The notes below the pieces were generated by a model. The model had not been told where the DNA came from and searched no databases. It worked only from the letters and a program-made list of their open reading frames with translations. Of a stretch of 64,000 bases of DNA, positions 40,747-51,613 are shown one piece after another (position 1 is the stretch's first letter; every line of letters begins with the position of its first letter). This DNA comes from Candidatus Latescibacterota bacterium. GTDB lineage: Bacteria; Latescibacterota; UBA2968; UBA8231. A program made the translations under genes and the position numbers. Where the stretch lies: positions 3,456,001 through 3,520,000 of the forward strand of contig OY730476.1 in the NCBI GenBank assembly GCA_963422735.1. The letters run 5' to 3'.

Positions 40747-42120
40747 ATGAGCGCGACCCTGATTAACTTCGCCTACCTGGTCGCCTCGGTTCTCTTCATC
40801 CTCGGCCTCAAGGGGCTGACGCACCCGCGCACAGCCGTCCGCGGCAACTTGCTGGGGGCCTTGGGGATGTTGTTGGCCGTCGTCGCCACCCTTTTGGATC
40901 AGCGAATTCTCTCCGGCGAATACATTTTGCTCGGCGTAGTCGTTGGCGCGCTAGTTGGCATGGTCCTCGCGGTAAAAATTTCCCTAACCTCCATGCCCGA
41001 GTTGGTAGCGGCTTTTAACGGCTTGGGCGGCGGTGCCTCCGCGCTGGTGGCTGGCGCGGCGCTGATCGAGGCGCAGGCTCCTTCCTACCAATTCACGGCT
41101 GCCACGGCCGCCTCTGGGATCATCGGCGCGGTGACCTTCTGGGGTAGTATCGTGGCCTTCCTCAAGCTGATGGAAGTGCTCAAAGGCTTGGTCCGGTTTC
41201 CCGGCCAGCAGTTTTTCAACGGAGTGCTGGCCCTCGGAAGCGCGGGCTTGGCTGCTTGGCTGGTGCTGGGCGAGCCGGACGCCTTCTGGGCCATGGTCTG
41301 CGCGGCCTCGCTGTTGGGCGTATTGCTCGTGGTGCCCATAGGCGGAGCCGATATGCCGGTGGTGATTGCCTTGCTCAATTCGTGCTCGGGTCTGGCCGCG
41401 GCCGCCACCGGCTTTGTGCTCGACAACAACGTGCTGATTACCGCGGGATCGCTGGTGGGTGCCTCGGGGCTGATTTTGACGCAAATCATGTGCCGGGCCA
41501 TGAACCGCTCGCTGGGCAATGTACTCTTCGGCGGCGTTGGTGCCGAGGTCGCAAGCGGCACCAGCGACGACGAGGTCTATGCCGGCAAGATCAAATCAAC
41601 CTCGGCCGAGGAAGTCGCGCTGCTGTTTGACACGGCCCGGCGCGTGGTGGTGGTCCCCGGCTACGGCATGGCCGTGGGCCAAGCACAACACGCCGTGCGG
41701 GACTTGGCCAATTTGCTCGAAGAGCGCGGCGTCGAGGTGGCGTATGCGATTCACCCGGTGGCGGGTCGGATGCCGGGCCACATGAACGTGCTACTGGCCG
41801 AGGCCGAAGTGCCCTACGACAAGCTGGTGGAGATGGATCGGATCAACCCGACCTTCCAGCAGACCGATGTGGCGCTGATCATCGGTGCCAATGATGTGGT
41901 CAATCCCCTCGCCCGCGATGCGGATTCTGGGCCGATTGCCGGGATGCCCATCCTCGACGTGGATAATGCACGCACGGTGGTAGTAATTAAGCGGAGCCTG
42001 AGTCCGGGGTTTGCCGGGCTGCCCAATCCGCTGTTTGCCGCGGAAAATGCGCTGATGTTTTTCGGCAATGCCCGGGAGGCTGTGTTGGATTTAGTGGCCG
42101 CGGTAAAGGAGAGCGGATAG
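40747..42120 (+). CDS. pntB: NAD(P) transhydrogenase subunit beta
   Basis: IGGADMPVV, VPGYGMA, IHPVAGRMPGHMNVLLAEA, GANDVVNP. Confidence 0.97.
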   Translation: MSATLINFAYLVASVLFILGLKGLTHPRTAVRGNLLGALGMLLAVVATLLDQRILSGEYILLGVVVGALVGMVLAVKISLTSMPELVAAFNGLGGGASALVAGAALIEAQAPSYQFTAATAASGIIGAVTFWGSIVAFLKLMEVLKGLVRFPGQQFFNGVLALGSAGLAAWLVLGEPDAFWAMVCAASLLGVLLVVPIGGADMPVVIALLNSCSGLAAAATGFVLDNNVLITAGSLVGASGLILTQIMCRAMNRSLGNVLFGGVGAEVASGTSDDEVYAGKIKSTSAEEVALLFDTARRVVVVPGYGMAVGQAQHAVRDLANLLEERGVEVAYAIHPVAGRMPGHMNVLLAEAEVPYDKLVEMDRINPTFQQTDVALIIGANDVVNPLARDADSGPIAGMPILDVDNARTVVVIKRSLSPGFAGLPNPLFAAENALMFFGNAREAVLDLVAAVKESG

Positions 42121-42137
42121 GTGCTGTTTCTCCGCAG

Positions 42138-42713
42138 TCAATCGATAAAAATGGCATCGTCGGGCCAAGATTCGACGATGAAACCCGCCTTCGTATTTAC
42201 CATTGACAAATAGTTGTGCATCCGCCTGATAGGGTCCAACAGGCGGATGGTTTGCATCTGTTGGATCGAGTCCTCGCCGTGGTTTTTTTGCAGCGAAGGG
42301 ATGATCTTGCCTTGGACACTTTCGGCCACATCGCTGTCGGACTCGCCTTCGACGATCATAACCAAAGCGATGTGCCCATCTACTTCGGCGATATAGCTGT
42401 CGCGAATTAGCTCGCTGAAGACGTTGGCGACATTGGGTTCAGAGCGGATTTCCTGCACGATCTGGCTGCGGGTGATGCCCAATTTGAACTTGATGGTTAG
42501 CATGTGCTGGGTCGAGAAGCGGCCCGTGCCTTGGGCCTGCATATCGACCGCCGCGTAGTAAAAGAGGATATCTTCCTCTTCGAGGCGGGCGCGCTTGCGG
42601 CTGACGGTGCGCACCGGTACGCCGGTCAAGGTGCTGATGCGATTGTCCGAGCAGCGGGGGTTTCGGATGAGAGTGCGGACGATCTGCCGCTCTTGTTCGT
42701 CAAAACGTCTCAT
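42138..42713 (-). CDS. Lrp/AsnC-like winged-helix transcriptional regulator
   Basis: N-terminal HTH (IVRTLIRNPRCSDNRISTLTGVPVRTVSRKRARLE) and RAM-like C-terminus; divergent from gltB. Confidence 0.75.
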   Translation of the reverse strand: MRRFDEQERQIVRTLIRNPRCSDNRISTLTGVPVRTVSRKRARLEEEDILFYYAAVDMQAQGTGRFSTQHMLTIKFKLGITRSQIVQEIRSEPNVANVFSELIRDSYIAEVDGHIALVMIVEGESDSDVAESVQGKIIPSLQKNHGEDSIQQMQTIRLLDPIRRMHNYLSMVNTKAGFIVESWPDDAIFID

Positions 42714-42748
42714 GGCCTGAATTGTCCCTTTTGGAGTGAAAATTAGCA

Positions 42749-42848
42749 CAATTTAGGCCATATACGATAGTACTGTCAAGAGATGTTTCAAGAAAGTTGT
42801 GGAAACTGGCGTAAGGGTGTTTGACAACGTAGCCGTAATTCATATATT
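42749..42848. promoter_or_regulatory. Back-to-back sigma70 promoters for the regulator and gltBD
   Basis: + strand TTGACA-N16-TATATT (42821-42848); - strand TTGACA at 42779-42774 with TAAATT downstream. Confidence 0.6.
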
Positions 42849-43051
42849 AAGTCCTCTTATACAATTTGGAAGAACAGACCGAGACGGCGGTCCTGTCCAT
42901 TAGCCTGGGCGCGTATTTCTACTACCGGTGCGCCCGGCGTTTCTTCAGTAAACAATGGCAACCTTTGAGCGCGAAGTCGTCCCTTTGGTCGGCGCGACCT
43001 TCTTATGCTCCGCTGTTACCTCGACGAGACCTCGAGCAAGGAAAAATTGAA

Positions 43052-46000
43052 ATGACCCGTATTCCTGGATACCCAGAAAAGCAGGGTCTTTACGACCCAG
43101 CCCGCGAAAGCGACGCCTGCGGGATCGGTTTTGTCGTAAATATCAAGGGCCACAAGTCGCACAAATTGGTGCTTCAAGCCTTAGAGGTCTTGGAACATCT
43201 CAAGCACCGCGGTGCCTGCGGCTGCGAAGCCAACACGGGCGACGGTGCCGGCATGTTGGTGCAGTTGCCCCACAAGTTCTTTAGAGCCGTTTGCGATTTT
43301 GAGTTGCCCTCATTAGGCGAGTACGGAGTGGGCATGTTGTTTTTGCCGCCCGATCCCGCCCATCGCCAAATCTGCGAGGAGCATTTCACCCGCATCGTCG
43401 AAGAAGAGGGCCAGCACCTCCTCAGCTGGCGGGATGTGCCCACTCACAACGCCGCCTTGGGCCGTACCGCCAAGCTGCGCGAGCCGTTTCAGCGCCAAGT
43501 CTTTATCGGCCGCGGCGAGGTGCAAGGCGACGACGCGCTAGCCTTTGAGCGCAAGCTCTACGTCATCCGTAAGCGCGCCGAAAACGCGATTCGCTACAGC
43601 GGCGAAGTCCCCGATGGCGACTTCTTTTACCCGGCCAGCCTCTCTTGCCGGACCATCGTCTATAAGGGCATGCTAATCTCCGACCAAGTCGTGGGCTATT
43701 TCCCCGACTTGAGCGACGAGCGCTTTGAAGTGGCCATCGCGTTGGTGCATTCGCGCTTTAGCACTAACACCTTCCCGAGTTGGGAGCGGGCGCATCCCTA
43801 TCGCTATATCATCCACAACGGCGAGATAAACACCGTGCGCGGCAACGGCAACTGGATGCACGCGCGCGAGGGGATGCTTGCCTCCGAGTACTTCGGCGAT
43901 GATATCGACAAGCTCTTCCCCATCATCCACGAAGACGGTTCTGATTCAGCCAAGTTCGACAATGCGCTCGAGCTGCTGACCTTGGGGGGGCGCTCGTTGG
44001 CACACGTGGTGATGATGATGATTCCCGAGCCGTGGGAAAACCACGAGACCATGAGTGCCAAGAAGCGGGCCTTTTACGAGTACCATAGCTGTCTGATGGA
44101 GCCGTGGGACGGGCCGGCCTCGGTGGCCTTTACCGACGGTGTCGTCGTAGGCGGCATGCTAGACCGCAACGGCTTTAGGCCCTCGCGCTACTACATTGCG
44201 AAAGACGACACTCTGGTACTCTCCTCGGAAACGGGGGTGCTGAGTATTCCGCCGGAAGACGTCGTCCTCAAAGGCCGGCTGCAACCGGGCCGGATGCTCT
44301 TGATCGATACCGAGGAGGGCCGGATCATCAGCGACGAGGAGATCAAGCACCAGATCGCCACCGAGCATCCCTATCAAGCGTGGCTCGACGCCAACCTAGT
44401 TGCGCTCGAGGACTTGCCCGAGGCCCAGGGGGCGCCTCTGCTAGCAAGCCACGAGGAAGTGCTTCACTGGCAGCAGGCCTTCGGCTATACGTTTGAGGAC
44501 CTGCGCGTCTTCCTCAAGCCGATGGTCCAAGTGCTCAAGGACCCGGTCGGCTCGATGGGCAACGACGCGGCGCTGGCGGTGCTCTCGGAGCGGCCGCAGC
44601 TTCTCTACAACTACTTCAAGCAGCACTTCGCCCAGGTTACCAATCCCCCGCTCGACCCGCTGCGCGAGGAATTGATTACCTCAGCCGAGACCAAAATCGG
44701 CCCCGAGCGCAATTTGCTGGTGCCCGAGCCGGCAAGCTGCTGCCAGATCACCTTGCAGCGGCCGATTCTCAAAAACGACGAGCTGGAAAAGCTCCGGCAG
44801 GTCGATCGCTTTGGCCACAAGGGGGAGACGATTCCGATCCTGTTCAAGCGCGAGGACGGCGAGGCTGGCCTTGCCAAGGCCATGGACGCGCTGTGCGCCA
44901 AAGTCGAGGCGGCCATCGCCCAAGGGCACAACCTGATTATCCTCTCGGACCGGGAGATAGATGCCGACAACGTGCCGATCCCTGCGCTGTTGGCCGTGTC
45001 CGGGGTGCATCGCCACTTGGTGCGGCTGGAGACCCGCACGCGCGTCGGCTTGGCACTCGAATCGGGCGAGCCGCGCGAGGTACATCACTTCTGCCTGCTT
45101 TTGGGCTACGGCGCTCAGGCGATCAATCCCTACATGGCCTTTGAAAGCCTCAACGACATGATCCGCGAAAACATGCTCGAAGGCTATGCGTACGCGGAGG
45201 CCGAGGAGCGCTACATTTACGCGGCGATCAAGGGCACGGTCAAGGTGATGGCCAAGATGGGCATCTCGACGATCAAGTCGTATCGGGGCGCGCAGATCTT
45301 CGAGACTGTGGGGCTCAACCAAGATGTAGTCGATCAGTACTTCACTTGGACCACGACTCAAGTCGAGGGCATGGGCATTGAGGACATTGCCCGCGAAGCC
45401 TTAGCGCGCCACGAGGCGGCCTTCCCCCAGATCCCTACCAACGGCCGCACCCTTGACGTGGGCGGGCACTATCAATGGCGCAAGGGTGGCGAGCATCACC
45501 TCTTCAACCCCAAGACGATTCACCTGCTGCAGCGGGCGTCGCGCACCAACGATTACGCGATGTACAAGGAGTACGCCGAGCTAATCAACGACCAGTCCGA
45601 GCGCTTGGCGACCTTGAGAAGCCTGTTGGAGTTCAAAAGCGAGGCCGAGCCGGTGTCCATTGAGGAAGTCGAACCGGTCGAGGCAATCACCCGGCGCTTC
45701 AAGAGCGGGGCAATGTCCTACGGATCGATTAGCAAGGAGGCGCACGAAGGCTTGGCCATTGCCATGAATCGCCTCGGTGGCAAGAGCAATACCGGCGAGG
45801 GCGGCGAAGACCCGGCTCGCTATGTGATCGAGCCCAACGGCGACTCCAAAAACAGTGCCATTAAGCAGGTGGCCTCCGGGCGGTTCGGCGTGACGAGCTA
45901 CTATCTGACCCAAGCCAAAGAGCTGCAAATCAAGATGGCCCAAGGTGCCAAGCCGGGCGAGGGCGGCGAGCTACCCGGCCCCAAGGTATATCCTTGGATC

Positions 46001-47638
46001 GCCAAGGTGCGCCACTCGACCCCAGGCGTGGAGCTGATCTCGCCGCCGCCGCACCACGACATCTATTCGATTGAGGATTTGGCGCAGCTAATCCACGATC
46101 TCAAAAATTCAAACGTCGATGCGCGGATCAACGTCAAGCTGGTCTCCGAGTTCGGGGTCGGGACCGTCGCCGCTGGGGTAGCCAAGGGCCACGCAGACGT
46201 GGTGCTGATTTCGGGCCACGACGGCGGCACCGGAGCCTCGCCGCAGACCTCGATCAAGCACGCCGGCTTGCCTTGGGAGCTGGGCCTAGCCGAGACGCAT
46301 CAGACACTGGTGCTCAACGACCTGCGCAGCCGCATCGTCGTCGAGACCGACGGCCAACTCAAGACCGGGCGCGACGTGGTCATCGCCGCGTTGCTAGGTG
46401 CTGAGGAATTCGGCTTCGCCACCACGGCGCTAGTTGCGATGGGCTGCATTATGATGCGGGTCTGCCACCTCGATACCTGTCCGGTGGGCGTGGCGACCCA
46501 AAACCCGGAGCTGCGTGCCAAATTCATGGGCAGCCCCGATCATGTGGTCAACTTCTTGCGCTTTGTCGCCGAGGACATGCGCGAGATCATGGCCGCGCTC
46601 GGTTTCCGCACCGTCAATGAGATGATCGGCCGCACCGACCGGCTCGAGCCCAAGAAGGCTATCGCGTTGTGGAAGGCCGCCGGCATCGACTTGACGTCGA
46701 TTTTGCACCAGCCCGAGGTCGATCCCCAAGTCGGGCGCTACTGCCAGATTCCGCAGGATCACGGGCTGGACGATGTCCTCGACAACACCACCTTGTTAGA
46801 GCTGTGCAAACCGGTGCTTGAAAGCGGCGAGCCGGTCGAGGCGGTGTTGCCGATCGAGAATACCAACCGAGTCGTAGGCACCATCCTTGGCAGCGAGGTG
46901 ACTAGGCGCTACGGTCCCGAGGGGCTGCCCGAGGACTCGATTCGCCTCAAGTTCGAGGGCGTCGCTGGCCAGAGCTTTGCCGCCTTCACCCCTAAGGGCC
47001 TGACCATGGAAGTCGAAGGCGACGCCAACGACTACTTTGGCAAGGGGCTTTCGGGTGCCAAGCTGGTGCTCTATCCGCCCAAAGGTTCTACCTTCGTGCC
47101 GTGGGAGAACATCATTTGCGGCAACGTCGCCTTCTATGGTGCCACCTCTGGCGAAGCCTATATCCACGGCATTGCCGGTGAGCGCTTCTGCGTACGCAAC
47201 AGCGGAGTCTGCGCCGTAGTAGAGGGCGTCGGCGATCACGGTTGCGAGTACATGACCGGCGGGCGGGTCGTGGTGCTGGGCTGCACGGGCCGCAATTTCG
47301 GTGCCGGGATGTCGGGCGGCATTGCCTACGTGCTCGACGAAGAGGGCGACTTTGCAATCCGCTTCAACGACGAGATGGCCGATATGGGGCCGGTAGAAGA
47401 TGCCGAGGATATCGCCGAGTTGCGGTCCATGATCGAGCGCCACGTGCAGCACACCAACAGCGCGCTCGGCCAGCGGGTTTTGGACCAATGGGACGCGGTG
47501 CTGCCCCGGTTCGTCAAGGTCATGCCGCGCGACTATCGCAAGATGCTCAACGCCTTCAAGCGCGTCGAGGAACGCGGGTTGACCGGCGACGAGGCCGCGC
47601 TAGTCGCCTTCCGCGAGGCCATGGCCGAAGCGTCCTGA
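43052..47638 (+). CDS. gltB: Glutamate synthase large subunit
   Basis: [59 protein letters not shown]; start set at ATG 43052. Confidence 0.98.
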   Translation: MTRIPGYPEKQGLYDPARESDACGIGFVVNIKGHKSHKLVLQALEVLEHLKHRGACGCEANTGDGAGMLVQLPHKFFRAVCDFELPSLGEYGVGMLFLPPDPAHRQICEEHFTRIVEEEGQHLLSWRDVPTHNAALGRTAKLREPFQRQVFIGRGEVQGDDALAFERKLYVIRKRAENAIRYSGEVPDGDFFYPASLSCRTIVYKGMLISDQVVGYFPDLSDERFEVAIALVHSRFSTNTFPSWERAHPYRYIIHNGEINTVRGNGNWMHAREGMLASEYFGDDIDKLFPIIHEDGSDSAKFDNALELLTLGGRSLAHVVMMMIPEPWENHETMSAKKRAFYEYHSCLMEPWDGPASVAFTDGVVVGGMLDRNGFRPSRYYIAKDDTLVLSSETGVLSIPPEDVVLKGRLQPGRMLLIDTEEGRIISDEEIKHQIATEHPYQAWLDANLVALEDLPEAQGAPLLASHEEVLHWQQAFGYTFEDLRVFLKPMVQVLKDPVGSMGNDAALAVLSERPQLLYNYFKQHFAQVTNPPLDPLREELITSAETKIGPERNLLVPEPASCCQITLQRPILKNDELEKLRQVDRFGHKGETIPILFKREDGEAGLAKAMDALCAKVEAAIAQGHNLIILSDREIDADNVPIPALLAVSGVHRHLVRLETRTRVGLALESGEPREVHHFCLLLGYGAQAINPYMAFESLNDMIRENMLEGYAYAEAEERYIYAAIKGTVKVMAKMGISTIKSYRGAQIFETVGLNQDVVDQYFTWTTTQVEGMGIEDIAREALARHEAAFPQIPTNGRTLDVGGHYQWRKGGEHHLFNPKTIHLLQRASRTNDYAMYKEYAELINDQSERLATLRSLLEFKSEAEPVSIEEVEPVEAITRRFKSGAMSYGSISKEAHEGLAIAMNRLGGKSNTGEGGEDPARYVIEPNGDSKNSAIKQVASGRFGVTSYYLTQAKELQIKMAQGAKPGEGGELPGPKVYPWIAKVRHSTPGVELISPPPHHDIYSIEDLAQLIHDLKNSNVDARINVKLVSEFGVGTVAAGVAKGHADVVLISGHDGGTGASPQTSIKHAGLPWELGLAETHQTLVLNDLRSRIVVETDGQLKTGRDVVIAALLGAEEFGFATTALVAMGCIMMRVCHLDTCPVGVATQNPELRAKFMGSPDHVVNFLRFVAEDMREIMAALGFRTVNEMIGRTDRLEPKKAIALWKAAGIDLTSILHQPEVDPQVGRYCQIPQDHGLDDVLDNTTLLELCKPVLESGEPVEAVLPIENTNRVVGTILGSEVTRRYGPEGLPEDSIRLKFEGVAGQSFAAFTPKGLTMEVEGDANDYFGKGLSGAKLVLYPPKGSTFVPWENIICGNVAFYGATSGEAYIHGIAGERFCVRNSGVCAVVEGVGDHGCEYMTGGRVVVLGCTGRNFGAGMSGGIAYVLDEEGDFAIRFNDEMADMGPVEDAEDIAELRSMIERHVQHTNSALGQRVLDQWDAVLPRFVKVMPRDYRKMLNAFKRVEERGLTGDEAALVAFREAMAEAS

Positions 47639-47657
47639 ACTGAACAGGAAAAAAACA

Positions 47658-49151
47658 ATGGGTAAACCCACCGGATTCATCGAATTTGTACGCGAGTTAC
47701 CGCAAGACCGCGACCCGTTAGAGCGCGTTGCGGACTGGGACGAGTTCCACGAGCACTTTCCCGACGAGTGCCTGCGCGATCAGGGCGCGCGCTGCATGGA
47801 CTGCGGCATTCCCTTCTGCCACTTGGGCGATGTCGTCAGCCAGGGCGACAAAGGCTCTGGCTGCCCGATCAACAACCTAATCCCCGAATGGAACGACTTG
47901 GTCTATCGTGGGTTGTGGCAGGAAGCGCTGGAGCGGCTGCACAAGACCAACAACTTCCCGGAGTTTACCGGCCGGGTCTGCCCGGCACCCTGCGAGGGGG
48001 CCTGCGTGGTAGGGATCAACGCCCCGCCGGTGACGATCAAGAGCGTCGAGTGCGCCATTGTCGATAAAGGCTTTGAGATGGGCTGGGTTGTGCCCGAGCC
48101 GCCCGACAAGCGCACTGGCAAAAAGGTCGCCATCGTCGGCTCAGGTCCTGCGGGCTTGGCCTGTGCCGCCCAGCTCAATCGCGCCGGCCACTGGGTGACC
48201 GTGTACGAACGGGCGGATCGCATCGGCGGCCTGCTTATGTATGGGATACCCAATATGAAGCTCGACAAGAAAAAGGTGGTGCAGCGCCGGGTCGATCTGA
48301 TGGAGGCCGAGGGCGTCAAGTTCGTCACCCGCACCGAAATCGGCGTGGATCTCCCGGCGATGCCGCTAGTGAAAGAAAACGACGCGCTAGTGCTCTGCGG
48401 CGGGGCCACCAAGCCCAACGATCTGCCGATTGAGGGGCGGGACTTAAAGGGCATCTACTTTGCGATGGACTTTTTGCACACCAACACCAAGAGCCTGCTC
48501 GACTCCAATCACGCGGACGGCAGCTACATCTCGGCCAAGGACAAACACGTGATCGTCATCGGCGGCGGCGACACCGGCACCGACTGCGTCGGTACGTCGA
48601 TGCGCCATGGCTGCAAGACGCTCTCGCAATTCGAGATCATGCCTCGGCCACCGGACGAGCGTGCGCCCAACAACCCTTGGCCACAGTGGCCCAATGTGTA
48701 CAAACTCGACTACGGCCAGGAGGAGGCCAAAGCCCGCTTCGGCGACGACCCGCGCACGTATCTGATTATGACCCAGCGGTTCGTCGCCGACGACGAGGGC
48801 CGCGTCAAGGCGCTACACACGGTCAATATCGAGTGGGACCAAGATGAGAACGGCCGCTTCACGCCCGTGCCGATCGATGGCACCGAGAAGGTCTGGCCGG
48901 CCGACTTGGTGCTGTTGGCGATGGGGTTCCGCGGGCCAGAGGACGCGATGCTCAAACAGCTAGGCGTCGAGCGCGATGAGCGCTCCAACGCCCGTGCTGT
49001 GCACGAGGAATACGCCACCAGCGTTGAGGGCGTTTTCGCGGCTGGCGACATGCGGCGCGGCCAGAGCTTGGTCGTATGGGCCATCAACGAGGGCCGGGGT
49101 GCCGCCCGCGAGGTGGACCGCTATTTGATGGGCAATACGCTGCTGCCCTGA
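47658..49151 (+). CDS. gltD: Glutamate synthase small subunit
   Basis: [59 protein letters not shown]. Confidence 0.98.
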   Translation: MGKPTGFIEFVRELPQDRDPLERVADWDEFHEHFPDECLRDQGARCMDCGIPFCHLGDVVSQGDKGSGCPINNLIPEWNDLVYRGLWQEALERLHKTNNFPEFTGRVCPAPCEGACVVGINAPPVTIKSVECAIVDKGFEMGWVVPEPPDKRTGKKVAIVGSGPAGLACAAQLNRAGHWVTVYERADRIGGLLMYGIPNMKLDKKKVVQRRVDLMEAEGVKFVTRTEIGVDLPAMPLVKENDALVLCGGATKPNDLPIEGRDLKGIYFAMDFLHTNTKSLLDSNHADGSYISAKDKHVIVIGGGDTGTDCVGTSMRHGCKTLSQFEIMPRPPDERAPNNPWPQWPNVYKLDYGQEEAKARFGDDPRTYLIMTQRFVADDEGRVKALHTVNIEWDQDENGRFTPVPIDGTEKVWPADLVLLAMGFRGPEDAMLKQLGVERDERSNARAVHEEYATSVEGVFAAGDMRRGQSLVVWAINEGRGAAREVDRYLMGNTLLP

Positions 49152-49185
49152 GCGGCGACAGGTTGCACGAAAACCCTCACTTCCT

Positions 49186-49407
49186 ATGACGACGACGGAG
49201 CAAATTGTTCATCATCTGCACCCTTTCCGGGACGAAACGGTTGGAAGTACTGGATTTTATTGAATTTATCAAGTCGCAGAGCCGCGAAGAAAATGCCGTC
49301 TGGTCCGAATTGTCGCTAGCTTCTGCTATGTGCGGGATAGAAGAAGAAAGCCTTTATACATTGGAAGATATCAAAGAGCCGTCGTGACGGTGCAGGAGGG
49401 ACAGGTT
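49186..49407 (+). pseudogene. DUF2281-like antitoxin (frameshifted) plus the first codons of a probable PemK/MazF-like toxin
   Basis: MTTTEQIVHHL/TLSGTKRLEVLDFIEFIKSQ...WSELSLASAM...LYTLEDIKE; an overlapping GTGA starts MTVQEGQV, which is cut by the next remnant. Confidence 0.55.
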
Positions 49408-49989
49408 ACTCGCCGTTTTCCCGCTGTACTTTCGTCCGTCCCCAGATAAAAGTACCGGCCAAGCTAACCACCACAGCGGCAATGACTCCGCAGCCTTCCT
49501 TGGCGTGGCCCAGTTTTATCGCGTATGCCCCGACGCCGCAAATCACTAGCACAAATAGAAAGGCTAAGCCGAGTCCGACGAATCGAGCTCTAGTACTTCC
49601 TTTGGGGTGGTACCTTTCCTGCTGGCGATGGGCCGATTGGGCTTCCCCCATCGCCAAAATGCGCTTTGGTATTCTTGGAGGGTTTGCGGACCGGGGATCG
49701 GGCCTTGGAAAAACCGCGCCTCAGCACTGATAAGCTTCTCACGAGTGCGCGGCTACATCGGCTTGCTAATAGCAAAACGAGGGGTTAGACCCCGATGGCG
49801 GGAGGGTTTAGACGGTTTCTTCTTTCGCCGGGCCATCCGCCACCGTTTGAAAAGCATCCTGTATATCTCCAAAGACGGCTAGCCAATCGGAGTACATAGC
49901 TTCGGCATCGGAGCATTGCGGCAGCGCGTTGCGCTGCCAGCGAGGTTAAAGAGCGTGGCAAAGCCTGACAGGAGGTAGAGGAATTTCAT
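49406..49989 (-). pseudogene. DUF2335-like membrane protein and its small upstream partner, degraded
   Basis: FQGPIPGPQTLQEY, then frameshifted RILAMGEAQSAHRQ plus two TM helices; upstream ORF fragment SDAEAMYSDWLAVFGDI. Confidence 0.6.
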
Positions 49990-50124
49990 GGGGAGATAGC
50001 TCCTGTTGAACAGGGTTCAATGGTCCATTGATATAAGTTCCAATAGCCAAGTCAAGCACCGCACATGACCATTACCACGTAGTGGCGGGGCATCTTTTTC
50101 CAAGGCTTCGCTGCTTCTCAATGC

Positions 50125-51018
50125 TCACACATTGATGAGAATAACCCCCGAGTCCATCAGCGTTCTGAGGGTTATGGCACAGCCGACGACGATGATGACC
50201 ACTGCACTCGCAATGGGCAGCCGCTGAATCCAGCGGCTGTCGCCCGAGAAGCGCTCCACGAGCGGTCGCGCCTTGACGATGAGCACGCCGATGGCGATGA
50301 GGATTGCGGCCAGCCCGACGCTGAAGACCACCAAAAGTAGCAGACCAAAGGCGATGCGATGCACGGCCACGGCCAACAACAGGATCACCAAAGCCCCTGG
50401 ACAAGGCACGATACCGCCGGAAATCCCCAGCGTTAGCAAATTGCCGAGGGTCACTTTGCTGGGAGTCTCATGGCTGTGGCCGTGTCCGTGGGTATGTTCC
50501 CCATGAGAGTGATCGTGGTGGCTATGGCCATGGCCTCGTCCCCCGAGGTGATTGGTCAAGAGCCATACGCCCAAGCCCATAATCAGGAGACCGGAGGCCG
50601 TGCCGAGATAGGGGAAAATTTGTTCAGGAAGGACGTACTGGGAGGCAAAGAGTGCCACCAAGCCCAACAGAATGACGCTGAAGGTATGCGTGAGGGTGAC
50701 TATCCCGCCGAGAAAAAGGGCGTTGCCCACCGTGCCACGTGCGCCGACGAGATAAGCGGCGACGATGGTCTTGCCATGCCCCGGCTCTAGCCCGTGCGCC
50801 GCGCCGAGAAAAAGAGCCAGCGCCAACGCCCCCGCGATCAGACCTAGGCTCAGCTCTTCAGAGCGCAGCATATCGCTGAGGGCGTCCGTTTCTCCGTCGT
50901 CAGCGCTCGCCGTCCCGACGACGCCGACCTCCGACAGCCGTCCTGCTTCGCCAATCTCATCCCCCCAAGCCGGGATCTCCATCGCCAGTGCTGTTAGTAC
51001 TAGTAGTATTCGCGGCAT
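50125..51018 (-). CDS. RcnA/NiCoT-like nickel/cobalt transporter
   Basis: GAAHGLEPGHGKT, His-rich loop GHGHSHHDHSHGEHTHGHGHSH, GGIVPCP. Confidence 0.88.
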   Translation of the reverse strand: MPRILLVLTALAMEIPAWGDEIGEAGRLSEVGVVGTASADDGETDALSDMLRSEELSLGLIAGALALALFLGAAHGLEPGHGKTIVAAYLVGARGTVGNALFLGGIVTLTHTFSVILLGLVALFASQYVLPEQIFPYLGTASGLLIMGLGVWLLTNHLGGRGHGHSHHDHSHGEHTHGHGHSHETPSKVTLGNLLTLGISGGIVPCPGALVILLLAVAVHRIAFGLLLLVVFSVGLAAILIAIGVLIVKARPLVERFSGDSRWIQRLPIASAVVIIVVGCAITLRTLMDSGVILINV

Positions 51019-51063
51019 CGCTCGTTCCAGGGCATTGCTTTTCTCCATGGCAGCGGCCATGCG

Positions 51064-51194
51064 TCAGGCCGGCTGCGATGACACTCCACTCTGCACAGGT
51101 CTTACTCGGGGTTTTGGCAGTGGACGACCCTTAGACTCGAAGGATCTTCTTCGCTCCACTCGACCCATATACGGTATCGATCAATGGCTTTCAT
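51064..51194 (-). pseudogene. HicB-like antitoxin with central deletion
   Basis: MKAIDRYRIWVEWSEED joined out of frame to FESKGRPLPKPRVRPV; both ends resemble short HicB proteins. Confidence 0.6.
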
Positions 51195-51370
51195 TTTTAA
51201 CTTTCTACCATGATCCGGCGAGTGATTTCGGCGCAGATAATGTCTTGGATTTGGAACTGTGGTTGAGTACGATTGCAGGCAATTAATAAACGGCGTTTCT
51301 GATAGGGGTCAAGCTGCGCTCGATCCTGCGCCTACTCGTGCAGAATTTGGCGCGCTAGGGCCTCCGCTTC

Positions 51371-51412
51371 TCACTCCTTCGGCACCACCAAGGCACGGTC
51401 GCCGTAGGGGAT
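51371..51412 (-). repeat. Orphan copy of the ABC ATPase gene 3' end (direct repeat of 54799-54840)
   Basis: 36/42 nt identical; encodes IPYGDRALVVPKE* versus IPYGNRALVVPKG*. Confidence 0.85.
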
Positions 51413-51613
51413 CCTTTTATTGACATCACGCTCTAAGAGAGATACTCTCTTGTATCCTTCACAGAAGAAGCGTTCGATGCTTGCCAAAAGCCGTGGTTTC
51501 CGCCTTATAGAACCCAAATATTTCGCTGCGCCTAGGAGACGCGACTGCACCGTGCTGATATTCGTGCTCTTCACGCGAGCCAATGCCGCACTCGACCTTC
51601 TTTCTCGCCGACC

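Noticed and set aside
42866-43051. 62-aa N-terminal extension of GltB
   Set aside because: It starts at a TTG without an RBS; GltB similarity begins at MTRIPG...QGLYDP.
51060-51370. NiCo or cobalamin riboswitch upstream of the RcnA-like gene
   Set aside because: Consensus elements were not found; the region is better explained by a HicB-like remnant and its promoter.
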